Source of the DNA: an uncultured Lachnospiraceae bacterium
Lineage (GTDB): Bacteria > Bacillota > Clostridia > Christensenellales > UBA1242
Length of the DNA stretch: 64,000 nucleotides
Reading direction: 5' to 3'
Assembly (NCBI GenBank): GCA_964383665.1
Contig: CAYLHO010000003.1
Coordinates: forward strand, 25,537-89,536
Part shown: piece after piece, positions 39,261 to 49,423 of the stretch
How the letters are laid out: each line of letters begins with the position of its first letter
Position numbering within the stretch: position 1 is the stretch's first letter
Notes under the pieces: generated by a model
Database searches by the model: none
Seen by the model: the letters and a program-made list of their open reading frames with translations, nothing else
What the model was told of the DNA's origin: nothing
Made by a program: the position numbers and the translations under genes

Positions 39261-40364
39261 ATGCAAGTAGTATGTGATGGATTAGATCTTAGCGAAGCAG
39301 CAATTAAAGTTTCAAGAGCAATTTCAAACAAAACAACAAATCCAATTTTAGAAGGAATTAAACTTGTTGCCGATAACGATTGTTTAGTTATTAGCGCAAC
39401 CGACACCGATTTGGCAATTGAAAAGAAAATTAAAGCAGAAGTTAAAGTTGAAGGAGAAACAGTTGTTCCAGGAAAGTTCTTTGTTGAATTTATTAAGAAG
39501 TTAACAAAGGAAAGAATTGAATTAACTCTTAACGACAAGAATCAAATTAAAATTAAATACACCGACAGCGAGGGTTCAATTCAATGCTATAACCCAAGCG
39601 AATATCCAAGTTTCAATAAGATTGACTCAAACGATTTTTTTGCAATAAGTCAAAACGATTTTAAAGAACTTATCAACAAAACAATTTTCTCGGTTGCAGT
39701 TGACGACAGTCGCCCAATTTTAAAAGGCTGCCTCCTTGAAATTGAAGAAAAAACAATAAACTCTGTTGCGCTTGATGGCTATCGTCTTGCACTTTGCAAA
39801 AAGGAACTTAAACATTCAACAGTTTCAACCCATGTTATTGTTCCAGCAAGAAGTCTTGGGGAAATTGCAAAAATTCTTGGCGACAGCGAAGAAATTATTA
39901 ATGTATATATTCAAAAGAACTATATCATGGTTGATCTTAAGGACACCAAAATAATTTCTAAAACTTTGGAAGGGGAATTTTTAAACTATAAACAAATTAT
40001 TCCAACAAACTTCGACACATCAATCATAATAAACAAAAGTCAATTTGAAGACGCTTTGGATCGTGCATCGCTTCTTTCGAAAATTGGACAAAACAATTTA
40101 GTTAAGTTTGATATCAAAGAAAACAACATGCAAATAACTTCAAATTCTGATATTGGAAATATTGCGGAAAATGTTAATGTTTCATTTAAAGGCAAGGATT
40201 TGAAAATTGCGTTTAACGCAAGATATTTCACAGAATGCTCAAGAAACTTGCAAAACGAATTTGTTAAACTTAATTTTAATCTTCCAACAAATCCATGCGT
40301 TATAACACCAATTGAAGGAGATGATTTCAAATTTTTAATTCTTCCTGTTAGAATGATTAATTAA
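39261..40364 (+). CDS. dnaN: DNA polymerase III beta clamp
   Basis: PILEGI, SATDTD, DDSRPILKG, DGYRLA, LILPVR. Confidence 0.97.
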   Translation: MQVVCDGLDLSEAAIKVSRAISNKTTNPILEGIKLVADNDCLVISATDTDLAIEKKIKAEVKVEGETVVPGKFFVEFIKKLTKERIELTLNDKNQIKIKYTDSEGSIQCYNPSEYPSFNKIDSNDFFAISQNDFKELINKTIFSVAVDDSRPILKGCLLEIEEKTINSVALDGYRLALCKKELKHSTVSTHVIVPARSLGEIAKILGDSEEIINVYIQKNYIMVDLKDTKIISKTLEGEFLNYKQIIPTNFDTSIIINKSQFEDALDRASLLSKIGQNNLVKFDIKENNMQITSNSDIGNIAENVNVSFKGKDLKIAFNARYFTECSRNLQNEFVKLNFNLPTNPCVITPIEGDDFKFLILPVRMIN

Positions 40365-40434
40365 TAAAAAAATGTAAAAAAAATAAAAAAAGATATGAAA
40401 AACATATCTTTTTTTTGTTTTTTAGCTAAAAATG

Positions 40435-40587
40435 TTAAATTAAATCATCTTTTTTTATTTCATTTTTAATTTTATTTTCGTGTTCAATTTCCTTTTCACG
40501 AAGCACCGCCCTAAGCCCTTTAAGTGCGTCGAAAGGCATAAATTGTTTTGCTCTCATCTCTTTGCTCATTTTTTCCCGTCTATCCAT
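40435..40587 (-). CDS. 50-aa YolD-like peptide, N-terminal motif only (absent from the ORF track)
   Basis: GGAGG RBS overlapping the end of the polymerase gene; RAKQFMPFDALKG motif. Confidence 0.7.
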   Translation of the reverse strand: MDRREKMSKEMRAKQFMPFDALKGLRAVLREKEIEHENKIKNEIKKDDLI

Positions 40588-41839
40588 TATGTCCTCCAAT
40601 CATATTATTGCGATCAATTTGGGTTGCTTTTTCCTCAAGGTCAATCCCTTTAAGAAGTGAGTTTTTCCCAAATTTATTTTTAATTCCAATAACGCTTATT
40701 GTTAATTTCTTTTCTTTTTGAACTTTTGAAAGATCTGTTAAAAGGTCATATTGTTCATTTTCTTCGGGAAGAAGATTTATGAAAGTGTAACCAATTTTTC
40801 TTATTGGAAGATTTTTATCAACAATTTTATCGAACAAGCACAATGCTTTTTCTTCAGCAATTGAATAGAGATTTGTTAAAGCGCCAAGGCGAATTGTTCC
40901 ATGGGTTTCCTCCCCTCGATTGTTTCCATATCCAACAAAAATTTGAAGACCTTGGGCAACATATCCTTGACTTACGAGTTCATAGCAGCCGTTTTGAATC
41001 ATCTCTTTAAGAATTATTTTGGAGTCGGTAAAGTTATAGTTGCAAGGTAAAATTTGGGAACTCCCAATTGATTTGGATTTTGATTTATATTTTTTGATGT
41101 CGCTTATTTCGCAGGTTTCTTTTCCGTAAGCATGGTCGATTAAAAGTTCAGCATTAATTCCAAATTCGCGATATAAAAAATCCTCTTCAATTTCTGTTAT
41201 GCCTTTCATGTTGTAAATTCCAAATTTTTCAAGGCGTTTTGCAATTCCGGTTGAAATTTGCCAAAAATCGGTTATTGGGCGATGTTCCCAAAGTTCTTTT
41301 CTAAACTTTACCTCGTTTAAAAATCCAATTCCGTCTTTTGTTTTTTTAGCTGTTAAATCGAGAGCAATTTTTGCAAGAAACATGTTTGTTCCAATTCCGC
41401 ATGTTGAAGGAATTTTAAGTTTCTCTTTAATTTCATTCATAAGTTTAAGAGCAAAATCTTTTGGTGTTGTTTTATAAAATTTAATATACTGGGTTGCGTC
41501 AATAAAGCACTCATCAATTGAATAAATGTGTATGTCGTTTTTGTCGATATATTGCAAATAGATTGCGTATATGTTTGCAGCGTATTCAATATATTTTTTC
41601 ATGCGTGGCTTTGCGATTATGAAATCAATGTTTTGAGGAATTTCATAAAGACGGCATCGGTTTCGAATCCCAAGCGATTTCATTTTTGGAGTTATTGCCA
41701 AACAAACTGTTCCTTTTGTTCTTTCTTTATCGGCAACAACAAGATTTGTTTTGAAAGGGTCGAGTCCTCTTTCGGCGCATTCAACCGATGCAAAAAATGT
41801 TTTCATGTCGATAACAAAATAGATTTTGTCTTCTGCCAA
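40580..41839 (-). CDS. Y-family DNA polymerase (UvrX/UmuC-like)
   Basis: IDMKTFFASVE, YSIDECFID, C-terminal QYDLL clamp motif, KFGKNSL, IGGH. Confidence 0.9.
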   Translation of the reverse strand: MAEDKIYFVIDMKTFFASVECAERGLDPFKTNLVVADKERTKGTVCLAITPKMKSLGIRNRCRLYEIPQNIDFIIAKPRMKKYIEYAANIYAIYLQYIDKNDIHIYSIDECFIDATQYIKFYKTTPKDFALKLMNEIKEKLKIPSTCGIGTNMFLAKIALDLTAKKTKDGIGFLNEVKFRKELWEHRPITDFWQISTGIAKRLEKFGIYNMKGITEIEEDFLYREFGINAELLIDHAYGKETCEISDIKKYKSKSKSIGSSQILPCNYNFTDSKIILKEMIQNGCYELVSQGYVAQGLQIFVGYGNNRGEETHGTIRLGALTNLYSIAEEKALCLFDKIVDKNLPIRKIGYTFINLLPEENEQYDLLTDLSKVQKEKKLTISVIGIKNKFGKNSLLKGIDLEEKATQIDRNNMIGGHNG

Positions 41840-42010
41840 TTTAAACTCCTTTTTTTAATTATAAACTAAATTAATGAATAAAATAACAAAAAATTAAGTT
41901 TTTTATTAATTTTTCTAATTTTTTTATTAAAATAGTTAAATTTATTTTAAATATAAATAATTAAATAAAAAAAAGATGTCAATTTTGACATCTTAAAATT
42001 AATAAACATT

Positions 42011-43915
42011 TTATCCGTCTGCAATTAAATATATTGATTGCTGGCGAAAACAAAGAGTTCCTGCAGGAGGAAGTTGCCTGGTTACAATTCCTCCGTCGCC
42101 TTGAATTTCATAGTTTAGTCCAAGATTTTTTAAAGTTGAACAAGCCTCGCTTAAACTTAAACCAACAAGATTTGGAAGAGCAATTGTTTTTTCAAGAGAG
42201 ACATTTTGTTCGCCCGATTTATTGATGTTTTTATACTCAAAAATTGAACTAAAAATTTCTTTTGCATATGGAGATGCAACAACACTTCCATAGTAAGCGC
42301 CAGTTCCTGGTTCGTCAACAACAACAAGGACGATGTAATCTGGATTTGATGCAGGATATGTTCCGATGAAACTTGAAATATATTTTCCTGAAATTTTTCC
42401 GTTTTCATACTTTTGGCTTGTTCCTGTTTTTCCACCAATTTCATAGCCTTCAACGAAAGTTAGTTTTCCGGGTTTTGAAACAACTTCTTCAAGCATGGCG
42501 TTAATCATTTTTGAGGTTTCGTTTGATAAAACTTGACGAACAACTGTTTTTTCATTTTCAACAATTGAATTTCCGTTTTCATCTTTTATTGTTGAAACCA
42601 TGTATGGCTTAACAAGATATCCTCCGTTAACACAAGCGGAAATTGCAGTTATAAGTTGAAGAGGAGTCATTGCAATTGCTTGACCAAACCCCATTCTTGC
42701 AAGGTCAACTGTTTTAACAGAGTCCTTATTCATTAAAATTCCCCCGCTTTCCCCCAAAAACTCAATTCCTGTTTTTGTTCCAAGACCAAATTTTTCGAAA
42801 TAGTTATAAAATTCATCTAAACCAAGTCGTAAAGCAAGTTGAGTGAAAACGCAGTTGCAAGAGTTACAAAGCCCGTCGGTTAAATCCTGGCTTCCATGAC
42901 CAACAGATTTCCAGCATTTAATTTTTTCGCCGTCAATAATTGCGTACCCTGGGCAATAGAATCCATCGGAAAGTTGGGCAACATGAGATTCAAGCGCACA
43001 AGCCATCGTTAAAATTTTGAATGTTGAGCCCGGCTCATAAATGTCAACGATCGCTTGATTTTTCATTTGATTAAGCATGCTTTGAACGTCATCGCGAGGC
43101 ACGTTGTTAAGGTCGAAACTTGGTTTTGTTGACATTGCAAGAATTTCGCCTGTGTTAGGATTCATAACAATTGCTGTTGCACTTTTTGCCTTTTGTTCCT
43201 CCATGAGTTTTTCAAGAGTTTGTTCAACTTTAAGTTGAATGTTTACGTCAATTGTTAGGTTTATATTATACCCTGGAACAGACGGGACGTATGAAATAAG
43301 GCTGTTATAAAGTTCCTTTCCTTGAAGATCGCTTTGAACAAGAGTTTTCCCGTTAACGCCTTTCAAAAGGTCGTTATAATATGCTTCAAGTCCTGCTTGG
43401 CCGATGTTGTCGATTGTTGTGAAACCCAAAATTTGAGTTAACAAATTCCCATAAGGATAGTGTCGGCTGACGCTTTCGGAAAGATAGACTCCGCTAAGAT
43501 TTTCGTTGAAAATTTGATTTGCAGTTGTTTCGTCAACTTGCATTTTAATTAAAACTTCACTAACCGAACTGTTGCTAACTTTTTCAAGGGTTTGATTGAA
43601 ATCTAATCCTAATTTACTTGAAAGGAGGCTTGCAACTTTTGCTTTGTCATTAACCTCTCGACTTCTAACATAGATGTTATATGTTGTGTAGGAAACTGCA
43701 AGAGAAGAGCCATTTGCATCAAGAATTTCTCCTCGCTTTGCTGTTAATGGCAAATCTCTTGTCCATTGGTCGAGAGCTTTACCTTGCAGAACTCCGCCTT
43801 GAAAAACTTGAAGATATAGAAGCCGTCCAACGACAGCACAAAAAAGAATGATTAACGCAATTGAAAAGAAAACAACGCGTTTTTTTAAAAATCTAATGTT
43901 AAATTTGTTTATCAA
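42011..43915 (-). CDS. spoVD: Class B penicillin-binding protein SpoVD/FtsI with a PASTA domain
   Basis: RGEILD, PGSTFK, SCN, KTGT, C-terminal PASTA; downstream of rsmH. Confidence 0.8.
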   Translation of the reverse strand: MINKFNIRFLKKRVVFFSIALIILFCAVVGRLLYLQVFQGGVLQGKALDQWTRDLPLTAKRGEILDANGSSLAVSYTTYNIYVRSREVNDKAKVASLLSSKLGLDFNQTLEKVSNSSVSEVLIKMQVDETTANQIFNENLSGVYLSESVSRHYPYGNLLTQILGFTTIDNIGQAGLEAYYNDLLKGVNGKTLVQSDLQGKELYNSLISYVPSVPGYNINLTIDVNIQLKVEQTLEKLMEEQKAKSATAIVMNPNTGEILAMSTKPSFDLNNVPRDDVQSMLNQMKNQAIVDIYEPGSTFKILTMACALESHVAQLSDGFYCPGYAIIDGEKIKCWKSVGHGSQDLTDGLCNSCNCVFTQLALRLGLDEFYNYFEKFGLGTKTGIEFLGESGGILMNKDSVKTVDLARMGFGQAIAMTPLQLITAISACVNGGYLVKPYMVSTIKDENGNSIVENEKTVVRQVLSNETSKMINAMLEEVVSKPGKLTFVEGYEIGGKTGTSQKYENGKISGKYISSFIGTYPASNPDYIVLVVVDEPGTGAYYGSVVASPYAKEIFSSIFEYKNINKSGEQNVSLEKTIALPNLVGLSLSEACSTLKNLGLNYEIQGDGGIVTRQLPPAGTLCFRQQSIYLIADG

Positions 43916-43962
43916 TTAAAAAACTCCTCGAAATAAGATATTTCAAGAAGTTAAATTTTATG

Positions 43963-44778
43963 TTAATTAAATAAACTTGAAAGCCAGTTGCAAAGCCTGT
44001 CGAACCAATTGCTTTTAACGCTAAACTCCGTTTGTTCTTCTTTTGATGGCTGAAGAGGAACAATTCCAGCTTCGGAAAGAGAGTCAAGGTTAAAAATACT
44101 GTCAGGGTTTGTTAAATCATCGGTTTTTGAAAGATTGTTTATATAGTTATAAACATTAACAGAATATATTTTGCTTGCTTGTTCAATTTCGGAGGTTAAA
44201 GTTTGAATTTCAACTGCGTTGTAAATTGTCCAGCCAAACATGCAAGCGAGAACACCAACAAGTGCAAAAACAAAAATTCGGAAGCGCGTTTTTGGCTTTG
44301 CTCTTTTAATTCGTTTATTTTGAATTTCAACGTTGTTTTCTTTTTCAATTTCAACATTGACATCTTCTTGTTCTTCAACTTCAGAAAGTGTTTCATCTTC
44401 TGGTTCAACTTCAACTTCGTCTTCAATTTCCTTTTCTGGTTCTTGAGATTGAGCATAAACATTTTTAAAGGAAACTTGACTTTCTGTTTGTTTCTTTTCT
44501 TTGGATTCAACAGGTTTTGAAAAGAATGTTTCGGCTGCTTCGAATTGAATTTTTGGGGAAACACTTTGAGTTTGTTGCGGTTCTTGTTTTGGTTGAGGAG
44601 CAAAATTTTTCTTTAAGTTTTCCATATAAAGTTCGGGAGTGTTGTTCTCAAACAAAACTTTTTTAGCGCTCTCTTTTTTTTCTTCGGGTTTTTCTTCAAT
44701 GAAAGAATTTTCGGAAGGTTCTTCCGTTTCTTTTTCCAAAAGCAAAGTTCTTGAACTTTTTTCTCTCATTGTTTCCAT
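43963..44778 (-). CDS. Bitopic protein at the ftsL position with a long acidic cytoplasmic domain
   Basis: About 160 aa E/K/P-rich region, TM helix, short coiled coil; lies between rsmH and the PBP gene. Confidence 0.6.
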   Translation of the reverse strand: METMREKSSRTLLLEKETEEPSENSFIEEKPEEKKESAKKVLFENNTPELYMENLKKNFAPQPKQEPQQTQSVSPKIQFEAAETFFSKPVESKEKKQTESQVSFKNVYAQSQEPEKEIEDEVEVEPEDETLSEVEEQEDVNVEIEKENNVEIQNKRIKRAKPKTRFRIFVFALVGVLACMFGWTIYNAVEIQTLTSEIEQASKIYSVNVYNYINNLSKTDDLTNPDSIFNLDSLSEAGIVPLQPSKEEQTEFSVKSNWFDRLCNWLSSLFN

Positions 44779-44822
44779 TAATATAATTCTATCCCAATAT
44801 AAATTTTTTTTCAAGCAAAAAC

Positions 44823-45794
44823 TTAAAGTTTTTCGGCAACGCGAAGTTTAGCACAAGTTGAACGTGAATTTTCCTGTTGTTCTTTTTCGCTTGCAACAAT
44901 TGGTTTTCTTGTTATGATTTCAATTTCAGCTTTGTGATTGCAAACGCAAATTGGAAAATTTTTTGGGCAAACGCAACCAGTTGCAAGATCCTTAAATACG
45001 TTTTTAACAATTCTGTCCTCAAGAGAATGGAAGGAAATTATTGCAATTCGCCCGCCTTTTTTAAGAAGATGGGTTAAGTTTTCAATTGTTTCTTTAAGCA
45101 AATTTAATTCGCCGTTAACTTCAATTCGAAGCGCTTGAAAAACTTTTTTTGAAGCGCCTCCACGAGAAAAAACAACCTTTTTTGGCATGCTGTTTTCAAC
45201 AATTTCATTAAGTTCAAGCGTTGTTTCAATTTCTTTAATTTCCCTTGCTTTAACAATGTTTTTTGCAATTGAAAATGCAAATTCCTCTTCGCCATATTCT
45301 TTAAGCAACTTTTTAAGTTCTTCTTCGCTATAGGTGTTAACAATTTCTTTTGCTGTTAGCAATTGAGTTTTGTCCATTCTCATGTCTAACGGGGCTTCCT
45401 TTTTAAAACTGAATCCGCGTTCGGCTGTGTCGAGTTGATGGGAACTTACTCCAAGGTCGATTAAAATTCCGTCAATTTCTGTTATTCCTAATTTTTTCAA
45501 AACCTCGGGAGAATTTTTGAAATCATCTTTAACAATTAAGCAATTTTTCCCGCTTAAATTTTCCAAATTGCAAGTTGAAATAACATTACAAATTTTTTCA
45601 AGACGAGTTGTTGAAGCATCAATGGCATCTTGGTCTTTGTCGAATCCAACAAGAAGCCCGGATTCAATTTTTTCCAAAATCTTTGAAGAATGCCCTGCGC
45701 CGCCAAGCGTGCAGTCAACATAAATTCCATTTTTCTTTAAGTTTAAATTTTCTAAAACTTCATTAAGCAAAACAGGTGTGTGAGAAAATTCCAT
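44823..45794 (-). CDS. rsmH: 16S rRNA C1402 N4-methyltransferase
   Basis: HTPVLL, DCTLGGAGHS, DLGVSSHQLD, FQALRIEVN, SFHSLEDR. Confidence 0.97.
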   Translation of the reverse strand: MEFSHTPVLLNEVLENLNLKKNGIYVDCTLGGAGHSSKILEKIESGLLVGFDKDQDAIDASTTRLEKICNVISTCNLENLSGKNCLIVKDDFKNSPEVLKKLGITEIDGILIDLGVSSHQLDTAERGFSFKKEAPLDMRMDKTQLLTAKEIVNTYSEEELKKLLKEYGEEEFAFSIAKNIVKAREIKEIETTLELNEIVENSMPKKVVFSRGGASKKVFQALRIEVNGELNLLKETIENLTHLLKKGGRIAIISFHSLEDRIVKNVFKDLATGCVCPKNFPICVCNHKAEIEIITRKPIVASEKEQQENSRSTCAKLRVAEKL

Positions 45795-45807
45795 TTAATT
45801 TTTCCTT

Positions 45808-48800
45808 TTAATTAATTCCAAAAAGTGATTTAACAAGAGTTTGAATTTCAACGTTCGATGTTTTATTTTCAATTTGTTGGCATAAAGTTGTTGATCCGCC
45901 GGTTATGTTAAATTGAAGAACAACACCGCTTGCAACAGCTTGCCCAAGAACAACAACTGCTCCGTTGCAAAGTTCGTTAAGAGATTCTTCAATGTTTTCA
46001 TCGGATAATTGTTCTTTCATAAGCAAACTTATTCTTGAACTTACAACTTTTTCATTTGCAATTGCGTCCATGTTAACAGCGCCAGAAATGTCTTTTCCGG
46101 TTGCTTGTTTAACGGCGTTCTCAATTTCAGATGCGTCGGTTGAATCGATTTTGTCGAGATTTGAAGCCAAATTATCGAATGAATCTGGGTTTGATGAATC
46201 GATGTTTTCAAATGAATCTTGAACAGATGAAATTTTGTCGGTTGTTTCAGTTCCAACTCCAATAATTCCAAGCGTTTCGCCAACGTCAAGATTGGAATCC
46301 TTATCCGAAATTATGTCGAGAATTGTTTTGTCTGATCCGGAAAGTTCAGAGAGTTTTTTTGCTGTTCGAAGGAAATTTATCCATTCAATTGTTCCATAGG
46401 AAATGTCTCCAGAGAAGTCGTAAGTTTGTTTTGCATAGTCGATCATGGCAATATAGAGTGATGAGAAAACTCCTCCGTTAACAATTGTTGTTTTGTCTGC
46501 ACTAATCGAACAGAGTGGACTTGGCGAATTGTTAACGTAGTTATATGCATTTTCTTTAAGAGAGTTAAGGAAATTGCCAATTTTAACAATTTCATCGTCA
46601 GTTAAAGTTTCCAAACTAAATTCGTCTTTAATCAAAACATCAAAAGCTTTTGTTGCGCTGTTAAACACGTTAACAATTTGAAGTTTTTGATGTTCACTTA
46701 AATCCTCAAGTGAAATTTCAGGAACGGAATATGTTTTTTCCGATGATGAAAGTTCATCGCATGCAAGCGAGTTGAAAGTGTTAATTAAATATACAAGCGA
46801 TTGTTTAAGCAACTTGCTGTCGTAAAGCGAAACAACAAGAATTTTCATGCAAGTGTTTTCTGGCATTGTTTCAATTAATGGAAGAGAAAGAATGTTAAGA
46901 GATTTTGAAAGGGTTGTGTTTGTTATTTCAACATTTGTTATTTCTCCTGTTGGGAAAAGAAGATTCTTAATTGAAGTTCCTTCATTTTCCTTCTCAAGAA
47001 TTGTTAAAATCATATTAATTTTCTCAAATTCTTCTTCCCAGTTGAAACTGCTTGAAGATGCTTCCGAAGGCGAAATGAAAGTTTTGAAATCGTCGTTATC
47101 GCCAATCGCTTTGAAGACTGAATTATATGTTTCTTTTGTTATTTCAACTTTCGAAAGAGGAACTAACAAGTTTGTTACGTAGGTTGAATTAACTGTTGAT
47201 TCTGTTACATCATTCAACATGAAAATTGTTTCAAAAGTTTCGTTTTTAAAATTTTCAAGTCCAATTTTTGACGACATAACAACCGCTGCTTCAATAACAC
47301 TTAAAAGTTGAGTCTTATCGTTTTCGCTAAGGCCATTATAAGTTGTTAAATCAATTTCTTTGATGTCGCCAATTGATTCTTTAAGATTTGGAATCTGATT
47401 GTTGAATTGCTCAAAAAGATATTTAATTGGTTTAATTGAAAGTTTTGAGTTAATGATTGGTTGAGCTGTAAGCTTTGCATATGTTTCATGATTTGAATTT
47501 TCTTTTGCAAGGTAAGAAAGGAAATTATCGATGTTAAAGGAATCGGTTGTTAAGGCATAGTTTAATGCTCCGCTTTCTTTAAGCGCAACAAGCGATTGTT
47601 TTAACCCGTTAAATTCAGTTTCCCAGTTTGTTTCCTTTAAAATTTGTTCGTCTAAAAATTTAGTTCCGAATTCCGTTGTTGAAAGATATGAAACAATTTC
47701 GTTATATGCATTAATTTCCTGATTTTTAATTAATGAACTTGTTTTAAGCAAGTTAAGTTCTTTTCCAACAAGGTTTATGAGAGTTTCAAAATCTAATGTT
47801 GAAAATTCACTTGAAACAATAATCTTTGGATCGTCAGAAATTTTATCGAAATCATAGGAATCAAGAATTATATATGCATCAACAACATTTTTTAAAAGTT
47901 GATTAAGTTCTGGTTCAAGATTTTCCCAGTCAATTTTTGTTGAATCAATTTCGCCAAGATTAACCTCGTTGTTAAGCTCCTTTTCAATAATGTCGAAGAT
48001 TGCAGTTGTTCCGTTTGAAACTATTGTTTTGAAAGATGAAGAATCGATTAAATTTTTTGTTAATGAATTAAGCAACATATAATTTTCGGCTTGAAGCGAT
48101 TTAACAAAAGTTGAAAGGTCACGCTTTCCGCCAACAAGGTCGTCAACAAGTCCAACTTTGCATGCGCTTTGTCCAATTTCAATTAAATTTGAGAAATCCG
48201 AACGTAAGGTTTTAAGATATTCTGTTCCTGCTTTGTCGAGATTGTCGATAACGCCATTTAAAATTAAAGTTACTTCTGCATTATATTCAAAATCCTTAAA
48301 ACTTTCCATGTCGTATAGATAATCAACAACATATGGAATGAGTTCTGGAGCAAGCGCTTTGAAAAGCCCTGTTTCAAAAAGACGATCAATAATTCCGTCA
48401 ACTTTTTCAAAATCTATATTTTTGTATGTTCCATCTTTTCCAATAGAGTCCACAATATAAACAAAATCATCGTAAATTTTTGCAGCGTTATAAATGTCGT
48501 TTCTAAAACAGAATTTTTCGTTATTAACTTTAACAGAAGTTATGGAATCGAAAATTGCATCGTCAAGCCCGCCAACAGTTAAAATTTTTCCAGCAACGCT
48601 TTGGCTGTAGCCATCGATGTAAGAAATTATTTCATCTCCAAGATAGTATCTTAAAAGATCTTGACTTGATTCAACAGTGCTTTCTGTTGATGAAGTTTCA
48701 TCTGCGCTAACAGAAACAGGAGTTGAGTTTGCGATTTCGGAAATTGTTGAGGTTATTGAAGTTATTGGAAGCATTAAAACAAAAATGAAAACAAAACCGC

Positions 48801-49386
48801 AAACTGTTCCAACGGCTGCTCCAAGCCATCTTTTTTTATTTTTCTTTTTAATAGGATTTGGAGCAACTGGAGTTTGAGGAACTCCCTCTTTTTCTGTTTT
48901 TTCTTTTTTTGCTTGTTTTGCAAGCTTTTTCGCTTTTCTTTCTTCTCTTCCTTCTTTGAGAGCGTATTTCGCCAATATAACATAAATTATGTAACTTATT
49001 AAGAGCATGATTGGAACAAGAATTAAGAAAACAACAATACTTATTATTGCAGCAGGAAGCCCTTCAACAATTTGCAATATTGAAGGCATATCTGTTGCGG
49101 CGGCGGCAATTTGCTCGTTGGAAAGAATAAGTGCTTTAAGTCCTTCTGGAATTGTTTGTGCAACTTCTCCATTAATTGTCCAGTTAAAACTTGAAATGTT
49201 GATGTTGGCAATTGCTGTTGAAATTGGTATTGTTATAAGCCCCGCAACAATTAAGAGAACAACAAGTGTTCCAAGACGCATCGAACTTTTAACAAGCCCG
49301 CGTTTTAAACCAACAAAGAAGCCTATGATTAAGGCAAGGAATAAAACAAAATAGGCAACAAGACTAAAAACAACGCTTAAATTCAT
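45808..49386 (-). CDS. Large membrane protein with a CvpA-like N-terminal TM region and a long helical extracellular part
   Basis: GLKRGL and RWLGAAVG TM motifs; repeated WExE helical units. Confidence 0.7.
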   Translation of the reverse strand: MNLSVVFSLVAYFVLFLALIIGFFVGLKRGLVKSSMRLGTLVVLLIVAGLITIPISTAIANINISSFNWTINGEVAQTIPEGLKALILSNEQIAAAATDMPSILQIVEGLPAAIISIVVFLILVPIMLLISYIIYVILAKYALKEGREERKAKKLAKQAKKEKTEKEGVPQTPVAPNPIKKKNKKRWLGAAVGTVCGFVFIFVLMLPITSITSTISEIANSTPVSVSADETSSTESTVESSQDLLRYYLGDEIISYIDGYSQSVAGKILTVGGLDDAIFDSITSVKVNNEKFCFRNDIYNAAKIYDDFVYIVDSIGKDGTYKNIDFEKVDGIIDRLFETGLFKALAPELIPYVVDYLYDMESFKDFEYNAEVTLILNGVIDNLDKAGTEYLKTLRSDFSNLIEIGQSACKVGLVDDLVGGKRDLSTFVKSLQAENYMLLNSLTKNLIDSSSFKTIVSNGTTAIFDIIEKELNNEVNLGEIDSTKIDWENLEPELNQLLKNVVDAYIILDSYDFDKISDDPKIIVSSEFSTLDFETLINLVGKELNLLKTSSLIKNQEINAYNEIVSYLSTTEFGTKFLDEQILKETNWETEFNGLKQSLVALKESGALNYALTTDSFNIDNFLSYLAKENSNHETYAKLTAQPIINSKLSIKPIKYLFEQFNNQIPNLKESIGDIKEIDLTTYNGLSENDKTQLLSVIEAAVVMSSKIGLENFKNETFETIFMLNDVTESTVNSTYVTNLLVPLSKVEITKETYNSVFKAIGDNDDFKTFISPSEASSSSFNWEEEFEKINMILTILEKENEGTSIKNLLFPTGEITNVEITNTTLSKSLNILSLPLIETMPENTCMKILVVSLYDSKLLKQSLVYLINTFNSLACDELSSSEKTYSVPEISLEDLSEHQKLQIVNVFNSATKAFDVLIKDEFSLETLTDDEIVKIGNFLNSLKENAYNYVNNSPSPLCSISADKTTIVNGGVFSSLYIAMIDYAKQTYDFSGDISYGTIEWINFLRTAKKLSELSGSDKTILDIISDKDSNLDVGETLGIIGVGTETTDKISSVQDSFENIDSSNPDSFDNLASNLDKIDSTDASEIENAVKQATGKDISGAVNMDAIANEKVVSSRISLLMKEQLSDENIEESLNELCNGAVVVLGQAVASGVVLQFNITGGSTTLCQQIENKTSNVEIQTLVKSLFGIN

Positions 49387-49423
49387 ATTTAAATCCTCCC
49401 ATGATTAAAACTTATAGGGGAAA

